NCBI GenBank assembly: GCA_048883105.1
Contig: JBHLQY010000001.1
Location: forward strand, 1 to 62,912
Source of the DNA: Candidatus Thorarchaeota archaeon
Lineage (GTDB): Archaea; Asgardarchaeota; Lokiarchaeia; Sigyniarchaeales; SOKP01
Length of the DNA stretch: 62,912 nt
Direction of reading: 5' to 3'
Position numbers and translations under genes: made by a program. Below are positions 9,129-19,607 of this stretch, one piece after another; the first letter of the stretch is position 1; each line of letters starts with the position of its first letter. The notes under the pieces were generated by a model. The model saw nothing but the letters and a program-made list of their open reading frames with translations, was not told where the DNA came from and made no database searches.

Positions 9129-10550
9129 TTGAACTCTAAGGATGAAACTTTATTTGAAGAATATATTCCAAGAAAATCAAAATTAGCTTATGGGGCTCTT
9201 AACGGAGCTAATGGAGTTTTATCAGGGATAGCATTTTCGGCTATAACATTTTATTATAATGTTAAACTAGGATTGAGTGCCCCATTAATTGGAATCGCAT
9301 GGTTACTTTTTGCCATTTGGAATACAATAAATGATCCTCTTTTTGGTTATATTCAAGACCGTACAAAATCTGAAAAATATGGAAGAAGAATTCCCTATGT
9401 TCGCTTTGGAGCTCCGATTATTGGGATTTTATTTATTATTTGTTGGTTTCCTTTTGTTGATAGAACTGATGAGTTAGGGCTCTTTTTAAATCTTTTAATT
9501 GTACTTCTATTATTTGATACACTATTTACTATAATAGGTCTTATTGGATTTGCCTTACCTGCAGAAATGAGCATCACCCAAAAAGCTCGCGCTGAACTTG
9601 TAGCCTATGGAGTAATTTTCACTTCAATTGGATTCCTAATTTCTTTTATAATACCAGTTTTTCTTTTAACGGGCGACAAATCTACCAATATTGATCCAAT
9701 GTTTTTAATTGCGATGATTTTAATTGGAATAGTATGCGCTTTTATTATTTTTATGAGTAGTTTTTTCTTAAAAGAAAATCTTTATACTCAACTTGAAGAA
9801 CCATTAGGATTAATTGATACTATAAAAGAAACATTTAAAAACAGACCATTTTTAAAATATGAAATTAGTAATTTTTCTTTTCTACTTGCTCAAACAATTT
9901 TTACAACGGGGATATTTTACTATATTAATTTTGTTTTAAATTTAAGTGGATTTTTAACGATAGTTCCGTTGCTGCTAGTCTTTTTAATGGTATTCATATT
10001 CACTCCCATATTCAGTAAAATTGCTGGAAAACATGGATTTAAAAAAGTTTATATATTTGGTCTTGCATTTACTGGTGTAATTTCTATCAGCTTCTTATTC
10101 TTAGGTTGGTCTTTTTTAACTGCGATAATTCCATTGCTTTTATTAGGAATTGGATTTTCTGCATTAATTCTTTTAAGACCTGCTATAATGGCTGATGTTA
10201 TTGATTTTGACGAAACTCGTACTGGTAAGCGTAGAGAAACGAGTTATGGTGGAATGAATGCTGTAATTGAAAAACCAGCAATTTCTATAGCAAATTGGAT
10301 TTTTTTATTTGTAATAGCGTACTTTGGATTTCAAGCAAAAGCACAAACACAATCAAAAAATGCACAATTGGGAATAATGATTGCATTAGCATTAATACCT
10401 GCGATTTTTGTTCTGTTTAGTGCATTAATTATGAAATATTTCCCTTTAGATGGTCCAGAATGGAATAAGCAAAAATTGGAACTTAAAAAGATCCACGATG
10501 AGAAGGAAAAAAAATATATCAAATATCTTAAGGAACAAGGTAAAATTTAA
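9129..10550 (+). CDS. MFS-type transporter, glycoside-pentoside-hexuronide (GPH/MelB-like) family
   Basis: The 473-aa ORF has about 12 hydrophobic segments. The segment NTINDPLFGYIQDRTKSEKYGRRIPY matches the GPH signature (D...G...D.T....G+.RP). The TTG start is forced because an in-frame stop lies 3 codons upstream. Confidence 0.7.
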   Translation: MNSKDETLFEEYIPRKSKLAYGALNGANGVLSGIAFSAITFYYNVKLGLSAPLIGIAWLLFAIWNTINDPLFGYIQDRTKSEKYGRRIPYVRFGAPIIGILFIICWFPFVDRTDELGLFLNLLIVLLLFDTLFTIIGLIGFALPAEMSITQKARAELVAYGVIFTSIGFLISFIIPVFLLTGDKSTNIDPMFLIAMILIGIVCAFIIFMSSFFLKENLYTQLEEPLGLIDTIKETFKNRPFLKYEISNFSFLLAQTIFTTGIFYYINFVLNLSGFLTIVPLLLVFLMVFIFTPIFSKIAGKHGFKKVYIFGLAFTGVISISFLFLGWSFLTAIIPLLLLGIGFSALILLRPAIMADVIDFDETRTGKRRETSYGGMNAVIEKPAISIANWIFLFVIAYFGFQAKAQTQSKNAQLGIMIALALIPAIFVLFSALIMKYFPLDGPEWNKQKLELKKIHDEKEKKYIKYLKEQGKI

Positions 10551-10552
10551 AA

Positions 10553-11968
10553 TTATTGTTTATATCTTTCTTTTGTCCCTACTATTTGGACTTTTTGAAA
10601 AATAACTACAGCAACTAATATTAATCCGGTGCCAACTAATGCTAATATTAATCCATAGGATATTGGTGATTCTGGACCAAAGAGTTCAAAGAAAATTGAT
10701 ATTATTAACATAGAAGTAGCAGAGGCCAACGATCCTGTCATTATAAAAGCTCCTGAATAAATTCCGCTCAAAGACTTCCCTTCAGATTTTAATTCTGCAG
10801 AATCAATCATATCACCTATTATTGCAAATGGAAAAATCATAGTTCCAACTAAACAACAGAGGCAAAGGGATATTATAGTGATTCCTAATACAAAAATTAT
10901 TACATGCGCCATTGGTATAATTAAGATTAATATAAGAGAGAACGATATACTGGAAAATATTAAGCAAATAGTAAAAGTTTTTCTAAGAGTTAATTTTTGC
11001 GAAATTTTTTGCCATATTACAAAAGAAAAAATTGTTGATATAAAAGCAATCATAATTAAAATTATAAATTCAAAGCCTCTAAGGTCTAGTATAAAAGTTG
11101 CCATATTTAAGACTAAAAATTGAAAAGCTACAAAAGGAATCCAAAATATGAAAAATGTAATTAACCAGATCCTATAATTCTTATCTTTTAATGGTTCCAT
11201 AAGTCCTTTTAATGTTTCATTTAAAGTTCTTATTTGTTTTTTATTCATCTTAGGTTCTTTTATTATAAGCATCATCAGCATAGTGAAAACTAAAAATATA
11301 AATCCAATAAAAAAAACAAAAGAGAAGATTTGAGAGTATATCACCCTACCCGAAGGGGAATCTTTATAATATAAATCAGGATCGTCTCTCGAAAGATTTT
11401 GAGTAGCATTGCTCATTAAAATGAATGGTCCAATTGTACCCAGTGTTATTCCTAAAATCGCCAAGATCATATTGATCATGCTAACTTTAACTCTATTTTG
11501 CTCATCAGTGCTGAGATCTGGAAGTAGAGCAAATGTAGAAGATTGAAAAGCCGCTACTGAAAGGCGAAACAAAATGGCGAAAATTGTAAACCAAAGTATT
11601 AATGGTATATAAACTTGCCCATATTTTGTATCAGGAATTGGCGGGATCCAGATAAAAATAAATGTAATTGCCATTAATGGTCCAGAAATTAGCATTACTT
11701 TTTTTTTCCCTATTTTATCTGCTATAGCACCACTAATTACACACATGAATGCATAAAAATACAAAGCGACCGCATAAATGCCACCTGCTACAATCGGAGG
11801 TTGTCCCAACACATTAATATAAAAAATTAGAGTAAAATTTACAGCTATTGCTAATATTGCTTGCAAACCTGCGTTAGGTAATCCATAAATTATTGCTTTT
11901 CCTGTTGATAATGTTCTATGTTCAAAGAGAACTTGATTTTCTACAATTTTATTTTTCTCTGTTGTCAT
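10553..11968 (-). CDS. MFS/GPH-like transporter (paralogue type, convergent with the previous gene)
   Basis: The 471-aa polytopic membrane protein has GAIADKIGKKKVMLISGP after TM2 (an MFS loop motif). Its stop lies 2 nt from the stop of the 9129-10550 gene. Confidence 0.65.
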   Translation of the reverse strand: MTTEKNKIVENQVLFEHRTLSTGKAIIYGLPNAGLQAILAIAVNFTLIFYINVLGQPPIVAGGIYAVALYFYAFMCVISGAIADKIGKKKVMLISGPLMAITFIFIWIPPIPDTKYGQVYIPLILWFTIFAILFRLSVAAFQSSTFALLPDLSTDEQNRVKVSMINMILAILGITLGTIGPFILMSNATQNLSRDDPDLYYKDSPSGRVIYSQIFSFVFFIGFIFLVFTMLMMLIIKEPKMNKKQIRTLNETLKGLMEPLKDKNYRIWLITFFIFWIPFVAFQFLVLNMATFILDLRGFEFIILIMIAFISTIFSFVIWQKISQKLTLRKTFTICLIFSSISFSLILILIIPMAHVIIFVLGITIISLCLCCLVGTMIFPFAIIGDMIDSAELKSEGKSLSGIYSGAFIMTGSLASATSMLIISIFFELFGPESPISYGLILALVGTGLILVAVVIFQKVQIVGTKERYKQ

Positions 11969-12046
11969 ATTTATTCTTGATTTAACTATTATCTCTAAAA
12001 AAAGAAGGAAATAATATTAATATTTCAATAAATAATAGAATAAAAT

Positions 12047-12370
12047 ATGAAAAAGAAAGAAAATAATGAAGCTCGCGAAGAATACCAAAAAGTTCAAATC
12101 ATTAATTCAAAGCAAAACTATACCTCTTCTTATATTAAAGATAAATTAAAAGAATTAGAATTTGTTGCAGATGAATTAATTAAGTTTGCTATGTGGAGAT
12201 GGGAAAGAACTCCAAATAAGAAGGATAAAGTATTAAAAGAAACAGAAGAGTGGTTAACTCAGAGAATCGGACAAGGATCAATTGGACCAGCAACAGCTGC
12301 AGCGGAACCATTATTAAGAGAAAAATTAGAGGAATTGCGTTCATTATTTAATAAAGGATTCTATAAATAA
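12047..12370 (+). CDS. Hypothetical protein, 107 aa
   Basis: An ATG-initiated ORF in an otherwise empty interval. I recognise no motif. Confidence 0.4.
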   Translation: MKKKENNEAREEYQKVQIINSKQNYTSSYIKDKLKELEFVADELIKFAMWRWERTPNKKDKVLKETEEWLTQRIGQGSIGPATAAAEPLLREKLEELRSLFNKGFYK

Positions 12371-12425
12371 AATAAGAATATAATACATTTGTAATTGATA
12401 AATTAGATATTTTATATCATAAATA

Positions 12426-12947
12426 TTGAGTGCTAATATGATGATAGACCCAGAATTATTTTTAGAATTTTTGAAAGGAAGGAGGTCTATAAGGAATTTT
12501 CAAAGCAAACCTCTTTCCGATAAAGATATAGATATGATTCTAGAGGCTGGTAGATGGACTCCGAGTGCATCTAATGTACAACCATGGGAATTTATTGTAA
12601 TTAAGAATCGAGACATCTTAAAGCAAATTTCTAAAACAGGAATCTATGGAGGTCCTCTGAGAAAAGCACCCATGGGAATTGCGATAGTAGGAAAAAAACA
12701 AGAAAATCCTAATTGGTATATTCAAGATACCTCCTTAGCTTCTATGAATATGATGTTAATGGCTTGGACTCTAAACATTGGTATGTGTTGGATGGGAAGT
12801 ATGGATAGAGAATTCGCTAAAGAATTGTTAGGGCTAGGTAAAGATGATTTTCTCTTAACAATTTTAGCTACAGGATATATTAGAGGACAAATTCCTAAGC
12901 CGAGTCTTAGAAAAAGCTTAGATGAAATAAAAAGAGAAATAATATAA
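12426..12947 (+). CDS. Nitroreductase family protein
   Basis: RRSIRNFQSKPLSDKDIDMILEAGRWTPSASNVQPWEFIVI is the canonical nitroreductase N-terminal motif (RRS.R.F....v....i..il.aa..APS..N.QPW.F.vv). The start could be TTG 12426 or ATG 12438. Confidence 0.78.
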   Translation: MSANMMIDPELFLEFLKGRRSIRNFQSKPLSDKDIDMILEAGRWTPSASNVQPWEFIVIKNRDILKQISKTGIYGGPLRKAPMGIAIVGKKQENPNWYIQDTSLASMNMMLMAWTLNIGMCWMGSMDREFAKELLGLGKDDFLLTILATGYIRGQIPKPSLRKSLDEIKREII

Positions 12948-12968
12948 AATCTATATTAATCTTTATCC

Positions 12969-14135
12969 TTAAATGGGTATTGTAACCTCGGCAAGTTCTT
13001 CAGGTGCTCGAGTGAGTTTCATATTTCCATCATCAGTGATTAAGACACTATCAGAGTGCCGAAAGCCACCTATGCCAGGAATATAGATTCCGGGTTCAAT
13101 GCTGACTAACATCCCAGGTTCAAGTTTCCGAATATAACCTTCAGCAATATATGGTGCCTCGTGTCCGGTGATTCCTAAACCATGTCCCGTGCGATGAATG
13201 ATGTAATCTCCATATCCTCGGTCAGTGATGAATTTTCGCACAGCCTTATCAATCTCATTCATTAGAGCTCCAGGCTTAGCGAGTTCATATGCTAAAGCCC
13301 TGGCTTCAAACATAACTTCAAAAGGTTTCTTGGCGTTCTCAGGAACAAATCCTAAAAAAAACGTTCTTTCAACCTCTACTCCGTAGCCATCTATTTGACC
13401 GCTCACAATGGAGACATGAGGTCCCCCATCCTCCATCTCTTGAAAGATAGTGGGAATTTTATGAGGATCATGAGAGATTTTTGGTGGCCAAACAGCTCCA
13501 ACAACTCTTGTTACAATCATATTTGCGTTAGGAATATCTGCTACAATCTTTTTCGTCATAGCACTCGTTACTTCTTGGTATATTGCGAATTCCAGCACCT
13601 TAGGTTTGCAAACCTTCAATAGAACTTTATGGCCTTTATTTACTACTCGGCAGGCATGAATGGTCCGCCCAATCTCGTAATCAGATTTTATGAGCCGCAC
13701 CTCTTCTATAATATCAGATATTATTTTCTTTCCGGGTGTTTTTTCATAAATTCCCATAGGCATGGCTGATTCTATTCCAACGCAGGTATTCTCCTTTACA
13801 AGAGAGCGATAGTAATCAAACCAATTCTTTCCTTCAGGTGCAGGAAACTCGTAATAGCTTAAGAAATCTAAATCGCACCGAGCTCGAGTCTCAACGTGGA
13901 CTTTTTCTAATAGAGGGACCACCATTTTTGGAGTTCCACTTTTTGTAATAACTAAAATAAAAGGACGCTCGTGGACGTAATTGGCAAAATTGGTAAGGAA
14001 ATATATGTTAACAGGGTCAAATGAGACATAATAATCTAAGTTCTGTTCCTCCATTAAACTTCTCACCTTTTCTAATCGGTGAGATAATTCTTCTCGGCTC
14101 GGTGGTGTTGTAATAGGTTTAAGGTGACTATTCAT
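12969..14135 (-). CDS. M24-family Xaa-Pro peptidase (creatinase/prolidase fold)
   Basis: The C-terminal catalytic pattern is present: GYGVEVERTFFLG ... HRTGHGLGITGHEAP ... LEPGMLVSIEPGIY...GGFRHSDSVLIT. Confidence 0.8.
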   Translation of the reverse strand: MNSHLKPITTPPSREELSHRLEKVRSLMEEQNLDYYVSFDPVNIYFLTNFANYVHERPFILVITKSGTPKMVVPLLEKVHVETRARCDLDFLSYYEFPAPEGKNWFDYYRSLVKENTCVGIESAMPMGIYEKTPGKKIISDIIEEVRLIKSDYEIGRTIHACRVVNKGHKVLLKVCKPKVLEFAIYQEVTSAMTKKIVADIPNANMIVTRVVGAVWPPKISHDPHKIPTIFQEMEDGGPHVSIVSGQIDGYGVEVERTFFLGFVPENAKKPFEVMFEARALAYELAKPGALMNEIDKAVRKFITDRGYGDYIIHRTGHGLGITGHEAPYIAEGYIRKLEPGMLVSIEPGIYIPGIGGFRHSDSVLITDDGNMKLTRAPEELAEVTIPI

Positions 14136-14231
14136 TTTATTTAACCTCTTATCTCACGAAATTTACCTTAATATTTAAAAAAATTGACTAATATTATTAA
14201 TTAGCATCTTTCGAAGAAAAAAATAAATAGA

Positions 14232-15131
14232 TTAGCTTAAAATAAAACCATTATTTTTTTTTTCAATTAAATTTTTTTTTAGAAATTTATCAAAATGCTT
14301 TTCAATCATTATTCTTTCAGCTATTATTTCGTATGTTTCCCATTCACTGTATCTTTTATATATAATATTTTTTTTAATCAAATCCTGTGGGTTTAATGGA
14401 TTCTTTTCTGAAAGATACGACAAAACACATTCGTCATTTTTATATATAATTGATTTATAATTCTCTAATTCTTCTTTTATTAGTTTCTTACCTTGAAATA
14501 TTCCTTTATGACTTGAAATTGCGAGTTCTATATCTATATTCTCTAATTTTTCTACAGATTCTTCATAATCAATTAAGTTTGAATCAATACACCCATAAAA
14601 AATAAACCTCGTGAGATCAATATCCGCTAAAAAAGCAATTTTTGAATTTTTTTCATAAAAACAACAATGACCCGCGGTGTGACCGGGAGTATGAATCACT
14701 TTTAATAGGTAATTGTTAATTTCAATTAGTTCATTATGTTCTATCGTTTTACTTATTTCGGTATTTTCTATTTTATACCCTTCTATAATTGGATCTAATG
14801 CATTTTCTGCAATTGTACCATCCAGGCCGTAATAGGGGATCATTTTATTTATATCTTCTATAATGTGCTTATCATCACCGTGGCATAAGTACATAGCATT
14901 TTTAAATAATCTATTACCTGAGATATGATCTTCGTGCCAATGACTTAAAATTATGCAATTTATGGAGAAATTTCTTTTTAATTTGCGTAAATGTTTGCTT
15001 GAAACTCCTGTATCAATTAGATAATCTCCAATTAACATTGAGTGGGAATATGGATATCTTCCATCCCTTTCACCTCTAATAAAAAAAATGTCCTTAAACT
15101 CATCTGATAAAGGTTGTATAATATCCTTCAA
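14232..15131 (-). CDS. MBL-fold metallo-hydrolase
   Basis: The HxHxDH motif occurs as ILSHWHEDHISG, and a downstream VIHTPGHTAGH metal ligand motif follows. Confidence 0.75.
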   Translation of the reverse strand: MKDIIQPLSDEFKDIFFIRGERDGRYPYSHSMLIGDYLIDTGVSSKHLRKLKRNFSINCIILSHWHEDHISGNRLFKNAMYLCHGDDKHIIEDINKMIPYYGLDGTIAENALDPIIEGYKIENTEISKTIEHNELIEINNYLLKVIHTPGHTAGHCCFYEKNSKIAFLADIDLTRFIFYGCIDSNLIDYEESVEKLENIDIELAISSHKGIFQGKKLIKEELENYKSIIYKNDECVLSYLSEKNPLNPQDLIKKNIIYKRYSEWETYEIIAERIMIEKHFDKFLKKNLIEKKNNGFILS

Positions 15132-15233
15132 AAAACATGCCTTAATTAAGAGAATTGGTTATGATAAAGATTTTAATCTCTTAAATTTTTACATTTTTTG
15201 CGTTAATTTTAAAGTTTCTATATTATTATTAAA

Positions 15234-15410
15234 TTATTTTAATGCGTAATAGCAACGTTTAGGAGAATGAACCTTACCCTGTTCCCTTAATTCTTTAATA
15301 ATTTTAGAAACTTCTTTTGATTCGATACCAGTTTGCTTTGCGATATCTCCTGGTCGTAAAGGCTTATTAGAATTTTGGAAAACTTCCAACACTTTATCTT
15401 TTTCTGTCAT
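15234..15410 (-). CDS. Small winged-helix DNA-binding protein, 58 aa (not in the supplied ORF track)
   Basis: My minus-strand translation is MTEKDKVLEVFQNSNKPLRPGDIAKQTGIESKEVSKIIKELREQGKVHSPKRCYYALK*. The pattern (L.pgeIA...g.....V.k.i..L...G.v) is typical of a wHTH, and the ORF has an ATG start. Confidence 0.5.
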   Translation of the reverse strand: MTEKDKVLEVFQNSNKPLRPGDIAKQTGIESKEVSKIIKELREQGKVHSPKRCYYALK

Positions 15411-15515
15411 AAGTTTATTTCAATCAAAAAGGTTTAAAAAAATTTTAGTATTAAATAAAATTTTTCAGTCAGTTAAGTTATTTTCTTATTTATCATTATA
15501 TTCTAAATCTTTAAG

Positions 15516-16535
15516 TCAAACTATTTTACTCTGTTCAATAGTATCTTTGACTTGAAATTTGAGATGATCTTGAACGAAATCTCCGATGCTTTTCCACGCT
15601 TTTATGCTTTCTTCTAAATCATCAGCAAAACTCTGGAAAACATGAGTCATTCCTTCATACACTTCTAAAGTTACATCAACACCAGCTTCTTTTGCCCTAT
15701 CCGCCAATAGTATTGAATCGTCTAAAAGAACTTCAATACTTCCCGCCTGAATCAAAAGGGGAGATAAATCATGTAAATCTGCATAAACTGGAGATATAAA
15801 CGGATTTTTTAAGTTTTCCCTGTTTGCATATACTCTTGCCATAGGTTTTACTCCAACTGCTAATTCAGGCTCGTAATTATAATACTTTTTAAGAGATTTT
15901 CCTCGAGCTCGCAAATCAACCCATGGAGATTGCATAACCGCAGCTGCAGGCAATGGAAGTTCTAGTTCTCTAAGTTTTAACATAGTTGCCATCGTTAAAC
16001 CTCCACCAGCTGACTCTCCGCAGATTATTATATTTTTAGGATTAATTCCTAAATCTAACAACCAGTGATAAGCGTTTAAAGAATCTTTCAATGCCGCGGG
16101 ATAAGGATGTTCTGGAGCTAATCTATATCCTACATTTAAAACTCGCATTTTACATTGTCTTGAATACAAGTATGATGACCAGCGACGTGTTGGAAGGGTC
16201 CCCATAATGTACCCTCCTCCAAATAGATGAAAAAAGATCTTCTCTTCAGATGCTTGGGGTACATATATCCACTCCGATTGAACTCCTCTCGTATTGACAA
16301 TTTCAAACGCTACATTTTCAGGAATTCGCTTAGCTCTTTCAAGATCTAACGCAGCCGCGATATGTCGGTTATATTTCAATATTAAATCCCAATCGCACTG
16401 CATGCTTGTGATTACTTCTAATGATACCCCATTTTTCTTTGCGAAATCTTCACCCGCTTTTAACTGTAATTTAAAATCATTCTCTAATAATTTTCCTAAT
16501 TGAGGATGTACTTTTGAGACTTCTAGATACGACAT
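15516..16535 (-). CDS. Alpha/beta hydrolase, hormone-sensitive-lipase-type esterase
   Basis: The ORF has the oxyanion motif HLFGGGY (an HGGG variant), the nucleophile elbow GESAGG and a late MTHVF histidine. Confidence 0.8.
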   Translation of the reverse strand: MSYLEVSKVHPQLGKLLENDFKLQLKAGEDFAKKNGVSLEVITSMQCDWDLILKYNRHIAAALDLERAKRIPENVAFEIVNTRGVQSEWIYVPQASEEKIFFHLFGGGYIMGTLPTRRWSSYLYSRQCKMRVLNVGYRLAPEHPYPAALKDSLNAYHWLLDLGINPKNIIICGESAGGGLTMATMLKLRELELPLPAAAVMQSPWVDLRARGKSLKKYYNYEPELAVGVKPMARVYANRENLKNPFISPVYADLHDLSPLLIQAGSIEVLLDDSILLADRAKEAGVDVTLEVYEGMTHVFQSFADDLEESIKAWKSIGDFVQDHLKFQVKDTIEQSKIV

Positions 16536-16633
16536 GTAATTACCTCACAATACAATTAATTAAGTAATAGTTAAAATCTATAATTCAGCTTTTGATATAA
16601 TACTTCTTTAATGTTAAATATGAGTTAAAAAAA

Positions 16634-18118
16634 TTAATAACTTTTAGCAATATAGACTGTACATGTTGCTGGTTCTCCACAAATTATACAACTTGCGAAT
16701 TCGTGTTTTTCCTCATCCACTCGCTTCCCTCTCACAAAACCACCAACTTCTTTTTCGACAACTTCAGCGCAATGGTAGGCTTTCATGTCAATTGAGCAAA
16801 AGCCGCAACAAACTATTTTACCTTGTTCAATTGCCTCTTTAGCAGAATCTTTCTCATAACACAATTCAATTTGCTCTTCAAAATCAAGTAATTTTATTTC
16901 TTTTATCTCCTTAGTGAAGTTTCTGGCTAGATTATCAATTTTTGTTTCTAAATCATTCTCGCTAACAATATATTTTTGCCCATCGTGTCTTTTTACAATA
17001 ACCACTTGTTTTTTTTGGATATCTCGCGGACCAACTTCAATCCTGAATGGCACTCCTTTCATTTCCCAATAATAAAATTTACTCCCTGGAGACTCATCTG
17101 AATCATCTAGTTTAACGAAGTATTTATCCCTAATTTTCTCATAAATTTTCTTACATTTTTCTAATACGTCCTTTTCTTTTCCTTTAACTAATATCGGAAC
17201 TATTACAACTTGTACTGGAGCTAGATCAAAGGGCAAAATTAAACCTTTATCATCCCCTAAATAAGCAACCATTGCCCCATAAATCCGACTAATAGCGGGG
17301 CCATAGCACGTTTGATAACCATATTTTTCTTTTCCATCTTTATCTATAAATTTCACATCGAATGGTTTAGAAAAGTTCTGACCAAGTAGGTGAGTTGAAG
17401 GAAGTTGCAGCACCTTACCAGATCCCATAAGAGCATCCGCTGCGTATGTAATTATCGCACCAGCGAATTTATCCCATTGAGGGCGTTCAAAAAAGATTAT
17501 TGGAATACAAAATTCATCCTGAAGCATTTGATAGGTCATTTCCATGTCTTCGTGGACTTGAGCGATTGCCTCCTCTTCTGTGGAAAAAACATCGTGGGCT
17601 TCTATCCAATGAAATTCTCTACCTCTAAAAAATGGACGTGTCATTTTCCCTTCATATCGCCATACCTGACATGATAGGTATCTTTTGAATGGCAAATCTT
17701 TATAACTTCGAATCCAAAGGCTATACATTGGATATAGTGCTGTTTCACTTGTGGGACGAAGCGCTAATTTTTCGTTTAAAGGACCGGAACTTCCTGCCTC
17801 AGTAACCCAAAACACTTCAGGGGCAAAGCCTTCCACGTGGTCTGATTCTAAAATAAGATTACTTTCGGGAATTAAAGAAGGCATTGTTAATGGTAAATGG
17901 CCATTTTTTTCTAAAAGGTCCTCATATTTTCTATACATTTTCCTAATGCTAATGGTAGCCCAAGGTCTATAACAAATAAATCCTTTTACATTATATCTAA
18001 TATCTGCCAGTTCAGCTTTATTAATAACTTCTGTATACCACGCTGAGAAATCCTCTTCTTTTGAAACTGTTATACCTGTTATTGGAGATTCTTTCTTCTT
18101 TTTAGCCATAGTTATCAT
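16634..18118 (-). CDS. proS: Proline--tRNA ligase (archaeal/eukaryotic type)
   Basis: The class II motifs are present (FSAWYTEV..KAELAD...VKGFICYRPWG-like, LRPTSET, WRYE...TRPFFRGREFHW.EAH). The C-terminal zinc-binding extension ends in ...YIAKSY. Confidence 0.9.
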   Translation of the reverse strand: MITMAKKKKESPITGITVSKEEDFSAWYTEVINKAELADIRYNVKGFICYRPWATISIRKMYRKYEDLLEKNGHLPLTMPSLIPESNLILESDHVEGFAPEVFWVTEAGSSGPLNEKLALRPTSETALYPMYSLWIRSYKDLPFKRYLSCQVWRYEGKMTRPFFRGREFHWIEAHDVFSTEEEAIAQVHEDMEMTYQMLQDEFCIPIIFFERPQWDKFAGAIITYAADALMGSGKVLQLPSTHLLGQNFSKPFDVKFIDKDGKEKYGYQTCYGPAISRIYGAMVAYLGDDKGLILPFDLAPVQVVIVPILVKGKEKDVLEKCKKIYEKIRDKYFVKLDDSDESPGSKFYYWEMKGVPFRIEVGPRDIQKKQVVIVKRHDGQKYIVSENDLETKIDNLARNFTKEIKEIKLLDFEEQIELCYEKDSAKEAIEQGKIVCCGFCSIDMKAYHCAEVVEKEVGGFVRGKRVDEEKHEFASCIICGEPATCTVYIAKSY

Positions 18119-18205
18119 TTAAATGAATTATCTAAAAATTAAATATTTAATGAGAAATAGAATAATTGAATCGATTTTTAATTAATAATGATATTATCAT
18201 CCTTA

Positions 18206-18952
18206 TTAATTATCTGGTAATAGATGGGCATTTGTAAGTATATAGGTATCTTGAATTTTCACTTCATACCCCTTTGATTCTAAATATTTTTTTAATACTT
18301 CTCCAATTTTCTTCAATTTTTGTGAATCAGCGGACTCAACAGAATAGCTTATTACTGATTTTGCTGATTTTAATGAATTAATTTTATAAGAACTACTTGC
18401 TATATTAATATTAACCCTGTTGGCACCAGTAATCTTTGCTATTTTTTTAATCTCTTCTTCTATTGAGCCAAATGTAAAGAATTCTCTACTCTTTTTATCA
18501 AATTTTTCTGCTATTATCCTTTCTAAATTTTCTCTTGTTTGCTTATCGTAAAAAGAAGTTAATTCAAGTTTACAGATGTCTCTATATTTTCCTGATATTA
18601 AAGAATTTTTATGTTCAACAAATTTTATTATTGTTTCATAATATTCTTGTGAGATTTTTTGAAAATTTTCAACATTTCTAATAAAATCAGTTAGATAATC
18701 AATTAAATCAAAATAAAATTTTAACACAGATTTAATATTTAATTTTTCATTCATATCTTTTATTTCTGGATAATAATGTTTAAGTATAAGATTTATATTT
18801 TTATTAAAATCGGCGCATACTTTTGCGATATTATCTACAACCGCAACAGATCTCTTATTTAACAATTCAAGTAAATATTCTTCCCATTGAGGTAATTCTT
18901 CTTTAAATATCTCGTTAATCTTATTAATGTATTTTTTCTCAATATAAGACAT
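18206..18952 (-). CDS. Hypothetical protein (~248 aa)
   Basis: A long ORF with no recognised motif. I prefer the start at MSYIEKK (18952) over the upstream start in the track. Confidence 0.4.
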   Translation of the reverse strand: MSYIEKKYINKINEIFKEELPQWEEYLLELLNKRSVAVVDNIAKVCADFNKNINLILKHYYPEIKDMNEKLNIKSVLKFYFDLIDYLTDFIRNVENFQKISQEYYETIIKFVEHKNSLISGKYRDICKLELTSFYDKQTRENLERIIAEKFDKKSREFFTFGSIEEEIKKIAKITGANRVNINIASSSYKINSLKSAKSVISYSVESADSQKLKKIGEVLKKYLESKGYEVKIQDTYILTNAHLLPDN

Positions 18953-19050
18953 ATGTAAAAAAAATAACATTTTTTATTTATAACATTATTTAATAAAGAA
19001 ATAAGAAGAATATATAATGAAAACAAATCACTATTAAAAGGGAGAAGTAT

Positions 19051-19467
19051 ATGAAAATAAACCTGCATCACGCTCATTTATTTGCCTCAGATATTAATGA
19101 AAGCATCCAATTTTATCATGACATGTTCGGAGCAGAGGTGCTATTCGATCTAGAGATGGCGGGGGCTAGAAATGTGATGATTGCTATCGGATCCTCAAAA
19201 ATAAACTTCTATGATCAGCCACCAAAAGACCAAGGGAGGGGTGTTGTTCATCATTTAGGGATCGAAACAGACGATTTGGAAGCTCTCGTAGAACATATGG
19301 AAAGCAAAGGGTTTGAGTTTAAAAGATCGATCAAAAGTTTGGGTGTATGGAAGTACGTCATGGTGGAAGCTCCAGATCACATACTTCTGGAGGTTTTTGA
19401 GGTTGTAAAGAAAAAAATACCCGAGGATCAATACAAAGCAATCTCATCGTTAAATCCCGAGCTCTAA
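19051..19467 (+). CDS. VOC (glyoxalase/bleomycin-resistance/dioxygenase) family protein
   Basis: The N-terminal LHHAHLFASDINESIQFYHDMFGAEV and the later HHLGIETDDLEALVEHMESKGFEF are typical paired beta-alpha-beta-beta-beta VOC modules. Confidence 0.7.
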   Translation: MKINLHHAHLFASDINESIQFYHDMFGAEVLFDLEMAGARNVMIAIGSSKINFYDQPPKDQGRGVVHHLGIETDDLEALVEHMESKGFEFKRSIKSLGVWKYVMVEAPDHILLEVFEVVKKKIPEDQYKAISSLNPEL

Positions 19468-19607
19468 ATATTTTATACGCCCGTTTTATACTCCATGAGG
19501 TTGTATCAGAGTTTATTTTTAAATAAATTTAAAGATTTATTTAAAAAAAAATGAAAAAAAAAATAAAAAAAGCCAACAAGAAGTAGTTCCAAAAAAAATC
19601 GAATGTT

